From Candidatus Auribacterota bacterium (lineage in GTDB: Bacteria; Auribacterota; UBA6266): a stretch of DNA of 29,277 bases. Where the stretch lies: assembly GCA_023136205.1 (NCBI GenBank), contig JAGLRQ010000084.1:1-29277 (forward strand). Reading direction: 5' to 3'. Under the pieces are notes generated by a model. That model ran no database searches, had not been told where the DNA came from, and was given only the letters and a program-made list of their open reading frames with translations. Shown piece after piece: positions 1 to 10,580 of this stretch; position 1 is the first letter of the stretch, and every line of letters begins with the position of its first letter. Both the position numbers and the translations under genes were made by a program.

Positions 1-97
1 TTTTTCAAGGCTGTATTTTTTCTTATCCACACTTTTGCCCTTCTGGGGGAATATATAGAGACGTTTTTTATTAAGAAACCATTTCTTCATAGAAGAA

Positions 98-1429
98 TTA
101 TATATCTTTTAAGGCAATATTTGCCGGTAATTTTTCAATTTCGTCACTAAAAGTTTTTAGGCACGCGGAGAGTTTATCTAATTCCTTCGACTGCATAATT
201 GGTATTTTTCTGCTTCCGCGGTGCTCTAAGGCATCAATAACATATTTCACTGTGAACATTTCTGTAGCACGAGCAGGTTGATAGGCAACCGCCTCATCTT
301 TTTCCCTTTTAACCTTAGAAACAATCCCACACTCGGTTAGTTCATAGAGTATCTGGCGAACCAAACGAATGGGTATCTCAAGATTATGCGAGATTTGTGT
401 AGCGGTTAATGGTTTGTCATTTTTGTAAAAGCCCTTTACCAATGAATGCATGATTTGAAGTATTACCAACTTTTTAAATGAGTAACTTATGTCCAGACAA
501 TCGGGTTCAAACTCATATGTATCTACGTTCTGATGGGCAAAGGAAACCTCTGCTCCAAAGAGAACAACCAACCAGCTTATCTGAAGCCATACTAAAAAAA
601 GAGGAAGGGCTGCAAAACTTCCGTAAATAGCATTATACTTGACTACTCCGATCTGAAAATTGATATATCCCCACTGAACTACTTGATAAATCGTTCCTGC
701 TATCATCCCTGCTAAAATACCTGCTTTAAAATTAACCTTGGTGTTAGGCATAAATATGTAAATAAAGGTAAAAAGGATCCAGATAACACAGTAGGGTAAC
801 AATTTCAGCAGGGTAAAAATTACGGGGCTAATTGCTCCTAAGAGGGTAATCTTTTGCGTTATAAGGACAATCTGGCTTGAGATAAATACTGTAATACTGC
901 TTGACATAATAACAAGAATCGGGCAGATAAGCATTATGGAAAGATAGTCGCTAAATTTACGCCCAATGCCCCTTGCCTGTTTTATGCCCCAAATATCATT
1001 AAATGACTTTTCAATATTTCCCAATACTTTTATAACTGTCCAGAATAAGAAAGCAATTCCAATACCGGCAATCAAGCCGCCCTTCGTAGTTTGAAGAAGT
1101 TTGTTGGCAAAGTCTATAACATTTGTAAGCACCGCTTCCTGGCCCTGAAACTTTTCCAAAAGTTGTGTCTCAAGGATCTTTTCAAATCCAAAACCCTTGG
1201 CTATCCCAAAAGCCATTGCAACTACAGGAACAATGGAAAGTAAAGAATAAAAGGTTAAAGCTGACGCTCTCAAAAGACATTTGTCTTCGTCAAACCCGCG
1301 AAAGGCCAGAAGAACGATTCTCAATTGTTTGACTAAAAATGATTTTGTGCGCGAAACTTCCTTTAAGCGGATTCTCCAGACATCTTTTTTAATAAAATTA
1401 ATAATTTTTGATACCATTCTACTTCCCAA
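98..1429 (-). CDS. YihY/BrkB-family integral membrane protein with C-terminal winged-helix-like extension
   Basis: 443-aa ORF. 'LLRASALTFYSLLSIVPVV' and several hydrophobic helices are typical of the YihY/BrkB family. The C-terminal ~120 aa ('LTATQISHNLEIPIRLVRQILYELTECGIV') looks like a wHTH. Overlaps the upstream ORF by 11 nt. Confidence 0.8.
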   Translation of the reverse strand: MGSRMVSKIINFIKKDVWRIRLKEVSRTKSFLVKQLRIVLLAFRGFDEDKCLLRASALTFYSLLSIVPVVAMAFGIAKGFGFEKILETQLLEKFQGQEAVLTNVIDFANKLLQTTKGGLIAGIGIAFLFWTVIKVLGNIEKSFNDIWGIKQARGIGRKFSDYLSIMLICPILVIMSSSITVFISSQIVLITQKITLLGAISPVIFTLLKLLPYCVIWILFTFIYIFMPNTKVNFKAGILAGMIAGTIYQVVQWGYINFQIGVVKYNAIYGSFAALPLFLVWLQISWLVVLFGAEVSFAHQNVDTYEFEPDCLDISYSFKKLVILQIMHSLVKGFYKNDKPLTATQISHNLEIPIRLVRQILYELTECGIVSKVKREKDEAVAYQPARATEMFTVKYVIDALEHRGSRKIPIMQSKELDKLSACLKTFSDEIEKLPANIALKDI

Positions 1430-2270
1430 ACGGTAAAATCTTCTTAAACGTCTCTGTTACCTTTTCTGTTGCTTCTTTGCCGGCATCCACAGCCTTCCCT
1501 GTGGTCTCTTTTACTTTTTCCACATCCATTTCTTTAACCGCTTCTACAGCTTCTCCAACAGTTTCCTGAGTTATCTCAGTCGCTTCCTTTAAGGTTTCAC
1601 CAACTTGTGTTTTTAACGGCCCCAAATCAAAGTTGGCAAGGCGGGCAATAGTAGTACCCGCAAGCGTCTTAACCAAAATCAAACTGGCAAAAGTCTTGGG
1701 ATCGGTTATGTTTTCATACCGCTCATTAATATTTATGTTGAATTCTCTTACTTTTGGCGGAGTTCCTTTGGAATAATCTTTATATATAACCTTACCTATT
1801 TTTAACTCCAGAACATCTATTTGCAACGGAGGCATTTTTGTTTTTTCCTCTTTTACCGAAGTTTTTTCCTCCACAACTTCTTCTTTTCCTTCTTCCTTAA
1901 CCACTTTTAACGCATTGAGATTAAGTTCACCTTTTTCATTTTTTACAACAACAAATTCTTTTAAATTTAACCTCACTTCCTCCAGATGTACCTCTCCCTT
2001 GAAAAATGCGCCCAGGTCATAATCCACATAGATTTCCGGTATATCTACCATTACTTTGTCTTTATATCCTTCTGGATTATAGAGCTGAAGTCCTTCGATT
2101 CCTATAAGGGTCTCAATAATACCTACATCAAGACTTTGCATATCCAATCGAAGGCCTGTAACCATCTCTACTCCCTTCTCAACGGATACTTTAGCAATTA
2201 TGTTCTTGGCAAACAACAGCACCGCGACTAACAGCAATAACCCAACAACAACAAAAAGCAATTTTTTCAT
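1419..2270 (-). CDS. membrane-anchored hypothetical protein (N-terminal TM helix, Lys/Glu-rich C-terminus)
   Basis: 283-aa ORF. N-terminal 'KKLLFVVVGLLLLVAVLLFA' is a signal or anchor. Translationally coupled to the yihY-like gene. No catalytic motif recognised. Confidence 0.6.
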   Translation of the reverse strand: MKKLLFVVVGLLLLVAVLLFAKNIIAKVSVEKGVEMVTGLRLDMQSLDVGIIETLIGIEGLQLYNPEGYKDKVMVDIPEIYVDYDLGAFFKGEVHLEEVRLNLKEFVVVKNEKGELNLNALKVVKEEGKEEVVEEKTSVKEEKTKMPPLQIDVLELKIGKVIYKDYSKGTPPKVREFNININERYENITDPKTFASLILVKTLAGTTIARLANFDLGPLKTQVGETLKEATEITQETVGEAVEAVKEMDVEKVKETTGKAVDAGKEATEKVTETFKKILPFGK

Positions 2271-2466
2271 TTAGGAGAACTCCTTTCTTTTTGTTTTGTT
2301 CTATCAACAATATGTTACCACCTTAAGACAATAAAATAAAATGAATTTTGTTTGTGTGGAAAAAGTGATTTTGTCTATTATGACATTTAAATGGTTTTAT
2401 AGGGGGTATTCATAATCCGTGCATTTAAAAACAATCTATGTTAATCTGTGATTTTGGGGAAGATAA

Positions 2467-3783
<1,317 letters not shown>

Positions 3784-3797
3784 TATTAGGATGAAAA

Positions 3798-4724
3798 ATG
3801 TCAAAAACATATAATGATATTACGGAAACTATAGGCAATACCCCTCTTGTAAAAATAAACAGGGTAAACCCTAATCCTAATGTTACCATTCTGGCAAAAC
3901 TTGAATCGTTTAATCCCCTTTCCAGCGTAAAAGATAGAATAGGTGTAAGCATGATAGACGCCGCTGAAAAAAATGGGTCCTTAAAAAAAGACACCGTAAT
4001 TATAGAACCTACCAGTGGAAACACGGGAATAGCCCTGGCCTTTATCGCCGCCTCCAGAGGATATAAACTCATTCTCACAATGCCTGATACAATGAGTACA
4101 GAAAGACGGCAATTACTTAAAATGCTTGGTGCAAAACTGGTGTTGACAGACGGGAGCACCGGAATGAAGGGCGCAATTGAAAAAGCAGAAGAGCTCGTAA
4201 AAAATACTCCCAACGCATTTATGCCGCAGCAGTTTGAAAATCCCGCCAACCCTGAGATTCACAGAAAAACCACTGCCGAAGAAATCTGGAATGACACAGA
4301 TGGAAAAGTGGATTTTCTGGTTTCGGCAATAGGCACGGGGGGAACAATTACCGGTATCTCAGAAGTAATAAAGAAGAGGAAACCCGGTTTTAAAGCAATA
4401 GGCGTTGAACCGGATAATTCACCCGTTTTATCGGGAGGCCAGGCCGGCCCTCATAAAATTCAGGGGATTGGCGCTGGGTTCATTCCGAAAATTCTTGACA
4501 GGGAAATTTTAGATGAAGTCATACAGGTTTCTAATGAAGCTGCCGGTGATTATGCCCGCAGACTGGCAAAGGAAGAAGGTATTCTTGCCGGAATTTCTTC
4601 AGGAGCAGCTATGTTTGCCGCCACAGAACTTGCAAAGCGGAAAGAAAACCATGGAAAGACCATAGTTGCAATCTTTCCTGATTCCGGTGAAAGGTACCTA
4701 TCCACCTGGCTTTTCCAGGAATAA
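3798..4724 (+). CDS. cysK: cysteine synthase A (O-acetylserine sulfhydrylase)
   Basis: 308 aa. '[16 protein letters not shown]' PLP-lysine motif, '[12 protein letters not shown]' and 'GTGGTITG' loops. Lies 14 nt after metY. Confidence 0.92.
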   Translation: MSKTYNDITETIGNTPLVKINRVNPNPNVTILAKLESFNPLSSVKDRIGVSMIDAAEKNGSLKKDTVIIEPTSGNTGIALAFIAASRGYKLILTMPDTMSTERRQLLKMLGAKLVLTDGSTGMKGAIEKAEELVKNTPNAFMPQQFENPANPEIHRKTTAEEIWNDTDGKVDFLVSAIGTGGTITGISEVIKKRKPGFKAIGVEPDNSPVLSGGQAGPHKIQGIGAGFIPKILDREILDEVIQVSNEAAGDYARRLAKEEGILAGISSGAAMFAATELAKRKENHGKTIVAIFPDSGERYLSTWLFQE

Positions 4725-4792
4725 ACCAAATTGTAATTCATATTATTTAATAAACACAGGTTACAACAATTAAGCAATCTCTTAACCGGACA

Positions 4793-5776
4793 CTAGAGGG
4801 ACATGTCTCTATTTGCCTCTGCTCTTTTTCTTCCTTTAATCATTATATAAAAAAGCATGATAATGCCACAGACGAAACATAAAAAAGTTGAAGGCTCGGG
4901 TATTACATTCAAAACATTTAAAGAATAACCGCTTAAACTTATTGCACTGTTGATATCAGATATGTAGGCGGGAATAAAAGAATCATAAGTGGCTTTAAGA
5001 GTTTCACCTGGGGAATGTGCAAAGTGAGTCCCTAACAACGCGAGGCTTCCTTCCCACGGCAGAAAAGTCGGGCTTCCCGAATCACCTCCGACCCCGAAAG
5101 GTTCATCCAGATATTGAGGGTCATCGGAAACGTGATAAAGGTAGTCAAAAGTTCTGGTAAGGTTTGTTGTTACGGTTCCTGTCCCCTGCAAGCCTTCAAA
5201 CGTGCCCGTTCCCACGCGGGCACTCCATCCATAAACAAAGATCTCTTTCCCAAGATACCAGTCATTTGAATGGAAATGCTCATCCGGATAGAAACCGGGG
5301 GGAATAGCTCCATCTGAATCATATTGCGTAACCGGGTAGTAGGTTATGTTATCAGCATCGGGAATTGGATCTGTCAGACAACCTACTACAAGGTCAGGTG
5401 TAAATGTCCCGCTGAATGTCGTATACGTAAGAGTATGATATCCTCCCACAGTATAGTTATTTAAGATACCATCATTGTTTTTAAAAGTTATTGTATTGCC
5501 AACCGGAATCCGCCAATGATTAGCTCCTACAAAGTGCAGGGGTGATACCAAGGCCACACTTCGTGAAGGAGAATTTGTCTCCCACCCCACCCCTGACCAG
5601 TCATAAGAAGAAAGATAGAAAGACGAATTATCCTGAGGATTGGATGCATATGTCCCCGGCAGAAACCTATCATGGCAAACCGGGTCATAACCGTTTATTT
5701 GCAGGGCATGGGCGGTAGATATAAAAACAATGCTAAATAAGATTAATGAAAAAAATAAACTTTTGGATTTATCCAT
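4793..5776 (-). CDS. secreted trypsin-like (S1-type) serine peptidase with PEP-CTERM sorting signal
   Basis: 327 aa. N-terminal signal peptide. Ordered His ('VGANHW'), Asp ('PDLVVG') and Ser ('GGDSGSP') candidates. C-terminal 'PEPSTFLCFVCGIIMLFYIMIKGRKR' is PEP motif, TM helix and basic tail. Confidence 0.7.
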   Translation of the reverse strand: MDKSKSLFFSLILFSIVFISTAHALQINGYDPVCHDRFLPGTYASNPQDNSSFYLSSYDWSGVGWETNSPSRSVALVSPLHFVGANHWRIPVGNTITFKNNDGILNNYTVGGYHTLTYTTFSGTFTPDLVVGCLTDPIPDADNITYYPVTQYDSDGAIPPGFYPDEHFHSNDWYLGKEIFVYGWSARVGTGTFEGLQGTGTVTTNLTRTFDYLYHVSDDPQYLDEPFGVGGDSGSPTFLPWEGSLALLGTHFAHSPGETLKATYDSFIPAYISDINSAISLSGYSLNVLNVIPEPSTFLCFVCGIIMLFYIMIKGRKRAEANRDMSL

Positions 5777-6022
5777 TTCCCTTCCTTTGTCTTCTTAATG
5801 TTAGTCCAAAAATACCCATTAACCCCAAACTGAAAAGAATCAAACTTAACAGCTCGAAAACAACATACCAAAAATTACTGAGATAGTACAGCTGCCCTTA
5901 TTTTCCGCTACATGCGGCTTCTTACACAACCTCCGCGAGGAAGATTTTCATTTATGGCAAAGAGGGAGGGACTAGGCTGGTTTTATGCTTAAAACAGCCC
6001 TTCCACTACACAAATCCATCTT

Positions 6023-6058
6023 TAATCATCAACCTAATCATCAACCTAATCATCAACT
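6023..6058. repeat. 3 x 12-bp tandem repeat TAATCATCAACC
   Basis: Read directly: taatcatcaacc / taatcatcaacc / taatcatcaact. It overlaps the fic stop codon. Confidence 0.9.
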
Positions 6059-7108
6059 TTCTAAAATATAATGTAAAGACCTGCCTTTGCCTTGAGGTTT
6101 TATAACCTTAAGCCCTGCTAATTTAGTCAATTCCTTGTGTACGGCTTGAGCTGAAATCTTAAATACCGCCTGTAAGTCCCTATTTGTAACTTTGCCATGA
6201 GTATTAATATATTCTACAATTTTCATCTGCTTTTCAGTAAGTGCGACCTGGGGCCTGGCGCCTTTTGCTTTTGAGCCCAATTTTAAAACCGCTTCTTTTG
6301 TCTCGTTCACTGAAAAAGCGACTCCATCGGTAAAATACTCAAGCCATTGACTTAAGTCCTGAGTCTTTTTATCCACTGTTTTTAGTGCTGTGTAATAAGC
6401 ATTTCTATCTCTGTCATAGTAATCATCAAGAGCAAATATTCTTCTGTGATCAAAATCGCTTAAATAAAGAATAAGTGTGGCTAATAGCCGGGCTGTTCTG
6501 CCATTTCCATCAACAAAAGGATGGATTTTAGCGATTTCATAGTGAGCAATGCCGGCTAATAAAACTGAGTTTATCTCCCAGGTTTTTTCATTATTTAACC
6601 AATTAAGAAATTCTTCCACTAACGTTGGTACTTCTTCCGCTTTGGGGGGCATATATTCGACTATTTCACGAAATCCTGTCCCGTCAAAAACTCTTTTGCC
6701 TACATATACCTGTATCTTTCGCAATGCTCCGCAATAAGAATCATTGGCTAATGTTTTTTTTGCAGCTATCTTGTGCATATTTAATAAGGTTTGTTTTCTA
6801 ATTGCGCCTTTTTCGGCCATGTTAGAAATCTTTTCCAGGGCCTCAATATAATTTAAAACCTCTTGCTTGTCTTTATCAGTGGCAATGATTTTTTTACCCT
6901 CAGCTAAAGCTTCTACTTGCTCGAGAGTTAACTTATTTCCTTCGATAGCAGTTGATGAATGAGTGCTGTGTAATAGAGCCTGGCGTCTTAACTTTGCCTC
7001 CCATTTAGGCACAAGATGTGCCTGCTCCATAATCTCACGCGCGGAAGTAATGGCTATAAGGTTGTTTAGAATTTTCTCTGTTATGGTATATTTGGGTTTA
7101 AACGGCAT
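6053..7108 (-). CDS. Fic-family protein (AMPylase-type) with C-terminal wHTH
   Basis: 351 aa. Canonical Fic motif 'HPFVDGNGRTARLL'. N-terminal 'STAIEGN' matches the (S/T)xxxE(G/N) inhibitory-helix motif. C-terminal 'KIVEYINTHGKVTNRDLQAVFKISAQAVHKELTKL' is wHTH-like. Confidence 0.9.
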   Translation of the reverse strand: MPFKPKYTITEKILNNLIAITSAREIMEQAHLVPKWEAKLRRQALLHSTHSSTAIEGNKLTLEQVEALAEGKKIIATDKDKQEVLNYIEALEKISNMAEKGAIRKQTLLNMHKIAAKKTLANDSYCGALRKIQVYVGKRVFDGTGFREIVEYMPPKAEEVPTLVEEFLNWLNNEKTWEINSVLLAGIAHYEIAKIHPFVDGNGRTARLLATLILYLSDFDHRRIFALDDYYDRDRNAYYTALKTVDKKTQDLSQWLEYFTDGVAFSVNETKEAVLKLGSKAKGARPQVALTEKQMKIVEYINTHGKVTNRDLQAVFKISAQAVHKELTKLAGLKVIKPQGKGRSLHYILES

Positions 7109-7444
7109 GTTGTTCTCTTTTTTTTAAACGCTATAATCGTATCACCAAACCTTGCTTACCTCAAGCACTTTTGCCCGCAGCCAGATAATTGAAATGTTAG
7201 CTGTCTTTTTTATGCTTGCAAGAATTATCTTCTTTAAAGGCAATAGACAACCCAAAAAGAACCTATAAATATGTAGTAGGAATTTTGAAGTAAGAAACAC
7301 GGCTTTTCAAGCCCAAAATAAACCAAAATTAACATTATTTTGTCAAAACCCGATTATTTTGAGCCATTTTGGAGCTGTTCTAGGAAAGATTGGAATAGTT
7401 AGTTCGTGTTTACTCTGCAGACTTGTTATATCACGAAATGATGA

Positions 7445-7497
7445 CAATTCCGGCAATTCCGGGCGGCAATTCCCCAATTCCGGGGACACAATTCCGG
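7445..7497. repeat. five irregularly spaced copies of CAATTCC(GG)
   Basis: Copies at 7445, 7454, 7467, 7475 and 7489. They lie immediately 3' of the IS200/RAYT-like remnant, whose stop is at 7509. Confidence 0.8.
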
Positions 7498-7508
7498 GGA
7501 CAGAACAC

Positions 7509-8036
7509 TTAACTATCTTTCCGACTAGGTCCCGGTTTATTTTTTCGCAATATCTTTCCGGTCATTCCTTCAATCTTCTTAATAAACTTCTCATCCCCTA
7601 AAGGACGTCCTGTATCTACATGTTTCACGAATATTGCTCCTTTGCTATCATCGCTCTCATCTGATAGATATTCTCTCCAATCGCTTATTTCATCAACCAC
7701 AAAATTATCTGATAAGAGTTCATCTCTCTTTTTGTATACATGAGCCTTGGCGCTTGACCAAGCATAATCTTCCGCTTTCTTCATTATTCCCGCTTTAACG
7801 GGATTACATTCCACATAGCGAATTGCGGAATAAAGATGTTGCTCGCTTAACACACACGACTTAAATCTTCCTTCCCATAAATGCCCCCGCCAATTCTCGC
7901 GAAAATTAATTCTTCTTGTGTACAATTTATGGGCTTGCGCGAAACCTCTCGCAAAACTATCCTCTCTCTTAGGCACTGCTATGAAATGAACATGATTATC
8001 CATAAGACAGTAAGCCCAAAAAAAGTTACCCTTTAA
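7509..8036 (-). pseudogene. 5'-truncated IS200/RAYT-like (HUH Y1) transposase remnant
   Basis: 'AYCLMDNHVHFIAVP' carries the HUH motif, followed by 'RRINFRENWRGHLWEGRFKS' and 'YVECNPVKAG'. Family similarity continues upstream of the annotated Met ('KGNFFWAYCLM') to an in-frame TAG at 8037-8039. About 55-65 N-terminal residues expected for this family are missing, and the neighbouring gene ends at 8026. Confidence 0.75.
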
Positions 8037-8703
8037 CTATTTTGACCGCCATGTTGTAGAGTTTATCATTTGCAAGTGCCTGGACTTTTTTCCTGACAGT
8101 TCTTGAATAATATTCCCGTTCTGTTTTTGTCATTTTCTCTTTCCTCAATTTTTTCAGGAACAATTCTTTCTGTTTTTTAGAAAAAAGCTGGGAAAGAGAG
8201 TATTCAAGCTTAAAATCCTCACTTAATTCAGTGTAGTTTTTTAGATCAACCTCTTGTTGATTAAAATATCTTTTAAAAGTTTTTACGACTCTGTCGCGGG
8301 AAAGGTTTTTAAAGCTGCCTGTCAGGTTTTGGCTGTGCCTAAATTCTTGTAGATATTTTTCTGCTGAATTTTCCGTGAGTGGGAAACTGAAGACGACACT
8401 TTTTAATTTATCCAGCCATGATGGTTTCAATTCAAGATAGAGGTACAGAGCATAAGACATTGCAGTTAAATGGTAAAAAGTTGCTTTATCGTTTGATGTT
8501 TTAAAATATAGGTTAACTGTATTTAGTTTAAAAAGAGCCTTTTCAAAGGTGTTGGCCAGAAGGACAGGGAAGCCTTCAAATAGGCGGGAATTCTTGCTTT
8601 TAACTACTTCTGCCAGAACTTCATTTGCTTCAAGCTCTTCTTCAGCTTCAAACATTGGAAAACCAAGTAAGCTTAATTTTTCTAGCAGTTGTTTCTTTTC
8701 CAT
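8026..8703 (-). CDS. hypothetical protein, partner of the upstream nucleotidyltransferase (possible C-terminal HTH)
   Basis: 225-aa ORF. Its start is 3 nt after the NTase stop, so the two are coupled. The C-terminal 'MTKTEREYYSRTVRKKVQAL' resembles a sigma-region-4-like helix pair. No Rx4-6H motif. Confidence 0.55.
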   Translation of the reverse strand: MEKKQLLEKLSLLGFPMFEAEEELEANEVLAEVVKSKNSRLFEGFPVLLANTFEKALFKLNTVNLYFKTSNDKATFYHLTAMSYALYLYLELKPSWLDKLKSVVFSFPLTENSAEKYLQEFRHSQNLTGSFKNLSRDRVVKTFKRYFNQQEVDLKNYTELSEDFKLEYSLSQLFSKKQKELFLKKLRKEKMTKTEREYYSRTVRKKVQALANDKLYNMAVKIVKG

Positions 8704-8706
8704 AAC

Positions 8707-9285
8707 TTACAAACCTGCCTTTCCTAATTCTTCTTGAAAATATTCAAAGTTCCTTAAGCATTTATTGGTTGATATATCATAAGAAGCTGTTTTGTAATAT
8801 CTGTTCCTCAAATTTTCCTTATTTATTGTTGTTTTATTTTTCTTCAATAAAAGGATGCAGTCTTCTATGTCTACATTTGTACATCTAAATATTTTACTTA
8901 TGATTAAGTCGTAATAATTTAAAATGCCCAGATAAATATGAGTAAATTCCTTTACCAGTATGTTATTACCTTCTTTTAATGGTGATTCAACCAAGTCAGT
9001 TGTATAAACTTTATTTCCAGCATATAAATCAAAGATAAACCCTTCATCTTTCTGCCACCCATAAACAGTATTTTGTTTATATCCCAAATCTTTTAAGGTT
9101 TTTATTAAATATTTATATTCATTTTCTTCGGGCACAATAAAATCTATATCTTTCGTGGATTCCTTAATATTCATTAGTGTTAATGCAGTTCCGCCACATG
9201 CTATCAGATGCACCTGTCTTTTTAGATAACCGTCCCAGATAGACAATAAATCAAGCAGGGCATTTTTATTTATTCTGTATTGCAT
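8707..9285 (-). CDS. minimal nucleotidyltransferase-fold protein (AbiEii/DUF6036-like)
   Basis: 192 aa. 'IACGGTALTLMNIKESTKDIDFIV' matches the GG[ST]-x(n)-DxD pattern of pol-beta-type NTases in AbiEii-like toxins. Confidence 0.65.
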   Translation of the reverse strand: MQYRINKNALLDLLSIWDGYLKRQVHLIACGGTALTLMNIKESTKDIDFIVPEENEYKYLIKTLKDLGYKQNTVYGWQKDEGFIFDLYAGNKVYTTDLVESPLKEGNNILVKEFTHIYLGILNYYDLIISKIFRCTNVDIEDCILLLKKNKTTINKENLRNRYYKTASYDISTNKCLRNFEYFQEELGKAGL

Positions 9286-9309
9286 GAATACCTACAATCT
9301 ATTGTTTAA

Positions 9310-9333
9310 ATATATACAATTACTTGTATATAT
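9310..9333. promoter_or_regulatory. perfect 10-bp inverted repeat ATATATACAA-TTAC-TTGTATATAT upstream of the NTase operon
   Basis: Read directly. It lies 25-48 nt upstream of the NTase start codon at 9285 and is a candidate operator. Confidence 0.45.
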
Positions 9334-9414
9334 ACATACAACATTCGCCCAGATTTGTCAAGTTTAAATTTTTGGAATCCCCCTCTATTCCAGGCTTGGA
9401 TTCTTTATATGGTA

Positions 9415-9531
9415 ATAACTGATATTAGCTGTAGCAGGGTGATGTTGTATGTGCTTGGAATGTATGGGGTTTGCGACGATTTTAGTGCGTTTGTGTGGAG
9501 ATTTAAGGGTGCGCTTAAAAGCACTGGCGGA
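9415..9531 (+). repeat. direct repeat copy 1 (distal att-like site)
   Basis: Hand alignment with 24095-24211 gives 104/117 identical, with a perfect 55-bp core at 9445-9499. Confidence 0.85.
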
Positions 9532-9536
9532 CCCAG

Positions 9537-9737
9537 TTGCAACCAATTCGAACTTTTTCCGAAATAACCGCCTGTATTAAGATTTTGCCAGTTGAACCGC
9601 TTCCTTTATACCGGAAATTAGCTCAAAAAACAACTGAATTACGCCTCTTGGGGATGACTTATCCCCAAATAGCCAAAGCTTTGAACGTTAGTATTAAAAC
9701 AGTCGAACGCGCCGTTCTGTCATTTAAAAGGAGTTAA
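9537..9737 (+). CDS. small HTH protein (or C-terminal fragment of one)
   Basis: 66 codons with a TTG start. Only 6 sense codons lie upstream before an in-frame TAA inside the repeat. 'LGMTYPQIAKALNVSIKTVERAV' is a classical HTH. The stop overlaps the RBS of the next gene. Confidence 0.5.
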   Translation: MQPIRTFSEITACIKILPVEPLPLYRKLAQKTTELRLLGMTYPQIAKALNVSIKTVERAVLSFKRS

Positions 9738-9868
9738 TCCATGTATTGGGCATTTAGCATTTACAGACCGTTATATCCAAAATCCAGATATGTTTGGGTC
9801 CAGGTTAGAATACTCCACGAAACCGAAAAGGCGGTCTTAGTTGAAAATGTGGAGAAAATCTGGATACC
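9727..9868 (+). repeat. inverted repeat arm A (RBS plus first 128 nt of the small gene)
   Basis: Matches the reverse complement of 23837-23977, about 88% identical by hand count with one codon indel. Confidence 0.8.
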
Positions 9869-9944
9869 AAAATCTCAAATTCGCAAAATAAGGCTGAAGG
9901 ACCGTGTTTTTGAGGTTTATGTTAGGGAGGGAATGTTTTGGTAA
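9741..9944 (+). CDS. small conserved hypothetical protein (67 aa), full-length member of a locally repeated gene
   Basis: AGGAG RBS 7 nt upstream. An 88%-identical 5' copy at 23837-23961 (-) differs mostly at synonymous or conservative positions. A 3' remnant lies at about 10938-10982. Confidence 0.65.
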   Translation: MYWAFSIYRPLYPKSRYVWVQVRILHETEKAVLVENVEKIWIPKSQIRKIRLKDRVFEVYVREGMFW

Positions 9945-9963
9945 TTGAGTATCGTGTTACCGG
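9924..9963 (+). repeat. 40-bp direct repeat, left copy (small-gene 3' end plus GGTAA..TTACC hairpin)
   Basis: agggagggaatgttttggtaattgagtatcgtgttaccgg matches 10962-11001 at 37/40. Weaker similarity extends about 20 bp upstream. Confidence 0.8.
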
Positions 9964-10028
9964 AACTCGAAAAAATAATACTACCTTCTAAGCTGTTAAT
10001 GAGTTACAATGATTTTAGGTGATAGGCT

Positions 10029-10580
10029 ATGGAAAATAAAACTATACTAAAAAATTTAATCGTATCTCTTTTAAATGAGTTGGGCCATTCTACAAAAGTG
10101 AAATTGGCCAAACTTGTTTTGTTTTCTGATATAGAATATTTTAAAAAAACTGGGAATTCTATTACAGGTTTATATTACGTACGCTTAAGAAATGGACCCG
10201 TAGTTGCTTTTTTTGATGAAGTTCTTGAAAACAACCTTGGGGAACTTTGGAATCTTACTTTGCAAGACATTACAATTCATGGTGAAAAACTTCCTAAAAA
10301 ACAACATCTTTATTCTCCTTTAATTAAATCTAATGTTGATCAAGAAATTGCTAAAACAATTAAGCATGTCGTAAAAAAATACGGTTCAAAATCAGGAACA
10401 AAACTTTCAGAAATATCTCATTCTTTACCAGCATGGAGATTTTCTGAACCTAATGAACCCATTTTTATTACGGAGTTATCAATAGAAAAAGAAAATGAAT
10501 ATTTTGCATTAATAGATTATTTGGAAGATTCTAATGATGATGATACAGACTTGGCAAAAAAAATACCATCCCCTTTATAA
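10029..10580 (+). CDS. Panacea-domain (DUF4065/SocA-like) antitoxin
   Basis: 183 aa. 'TKVKLAKLVLFSDIEYFKKTGNSITGLYYVRLRNGPVV' fits the KLxKLxYF..GPV signature of DUF4065. AGGTGA RBS. Confidence 0.72.
   Translation: MENKTILKNLIVSLLNELGHSTKVKLAKLVLFSDIEYFKKTGNSITGLYYVRLRNGPVVAFFDEVLENNLGELWNLTLQDITIHGEKLPKKQHLYSPLIKSNVDQEIAKTIKHVVKKYGSKSGTKLSEISHSLPAWRFSEPNEPIFITELSIEKENEYFALIDYLEDSNDDDTDLAKKIPSPL

Noticed and set aside
9355-9567. 70-aa plus-strand ORF covering the left direct repeat
   Set aside because: It has no RBS and lies entirely in the att-like repeat. The equivalent frame at the right copy is not conserved as an ORF.
9525-9575. Degenerate second tRNA at the left repeat (contains TTCGAA and ends in TCCGCCA)
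   Set aside because: Only the terminal 7 nt match the tRNA. No T-arm or acceptor pairing can be drawn.
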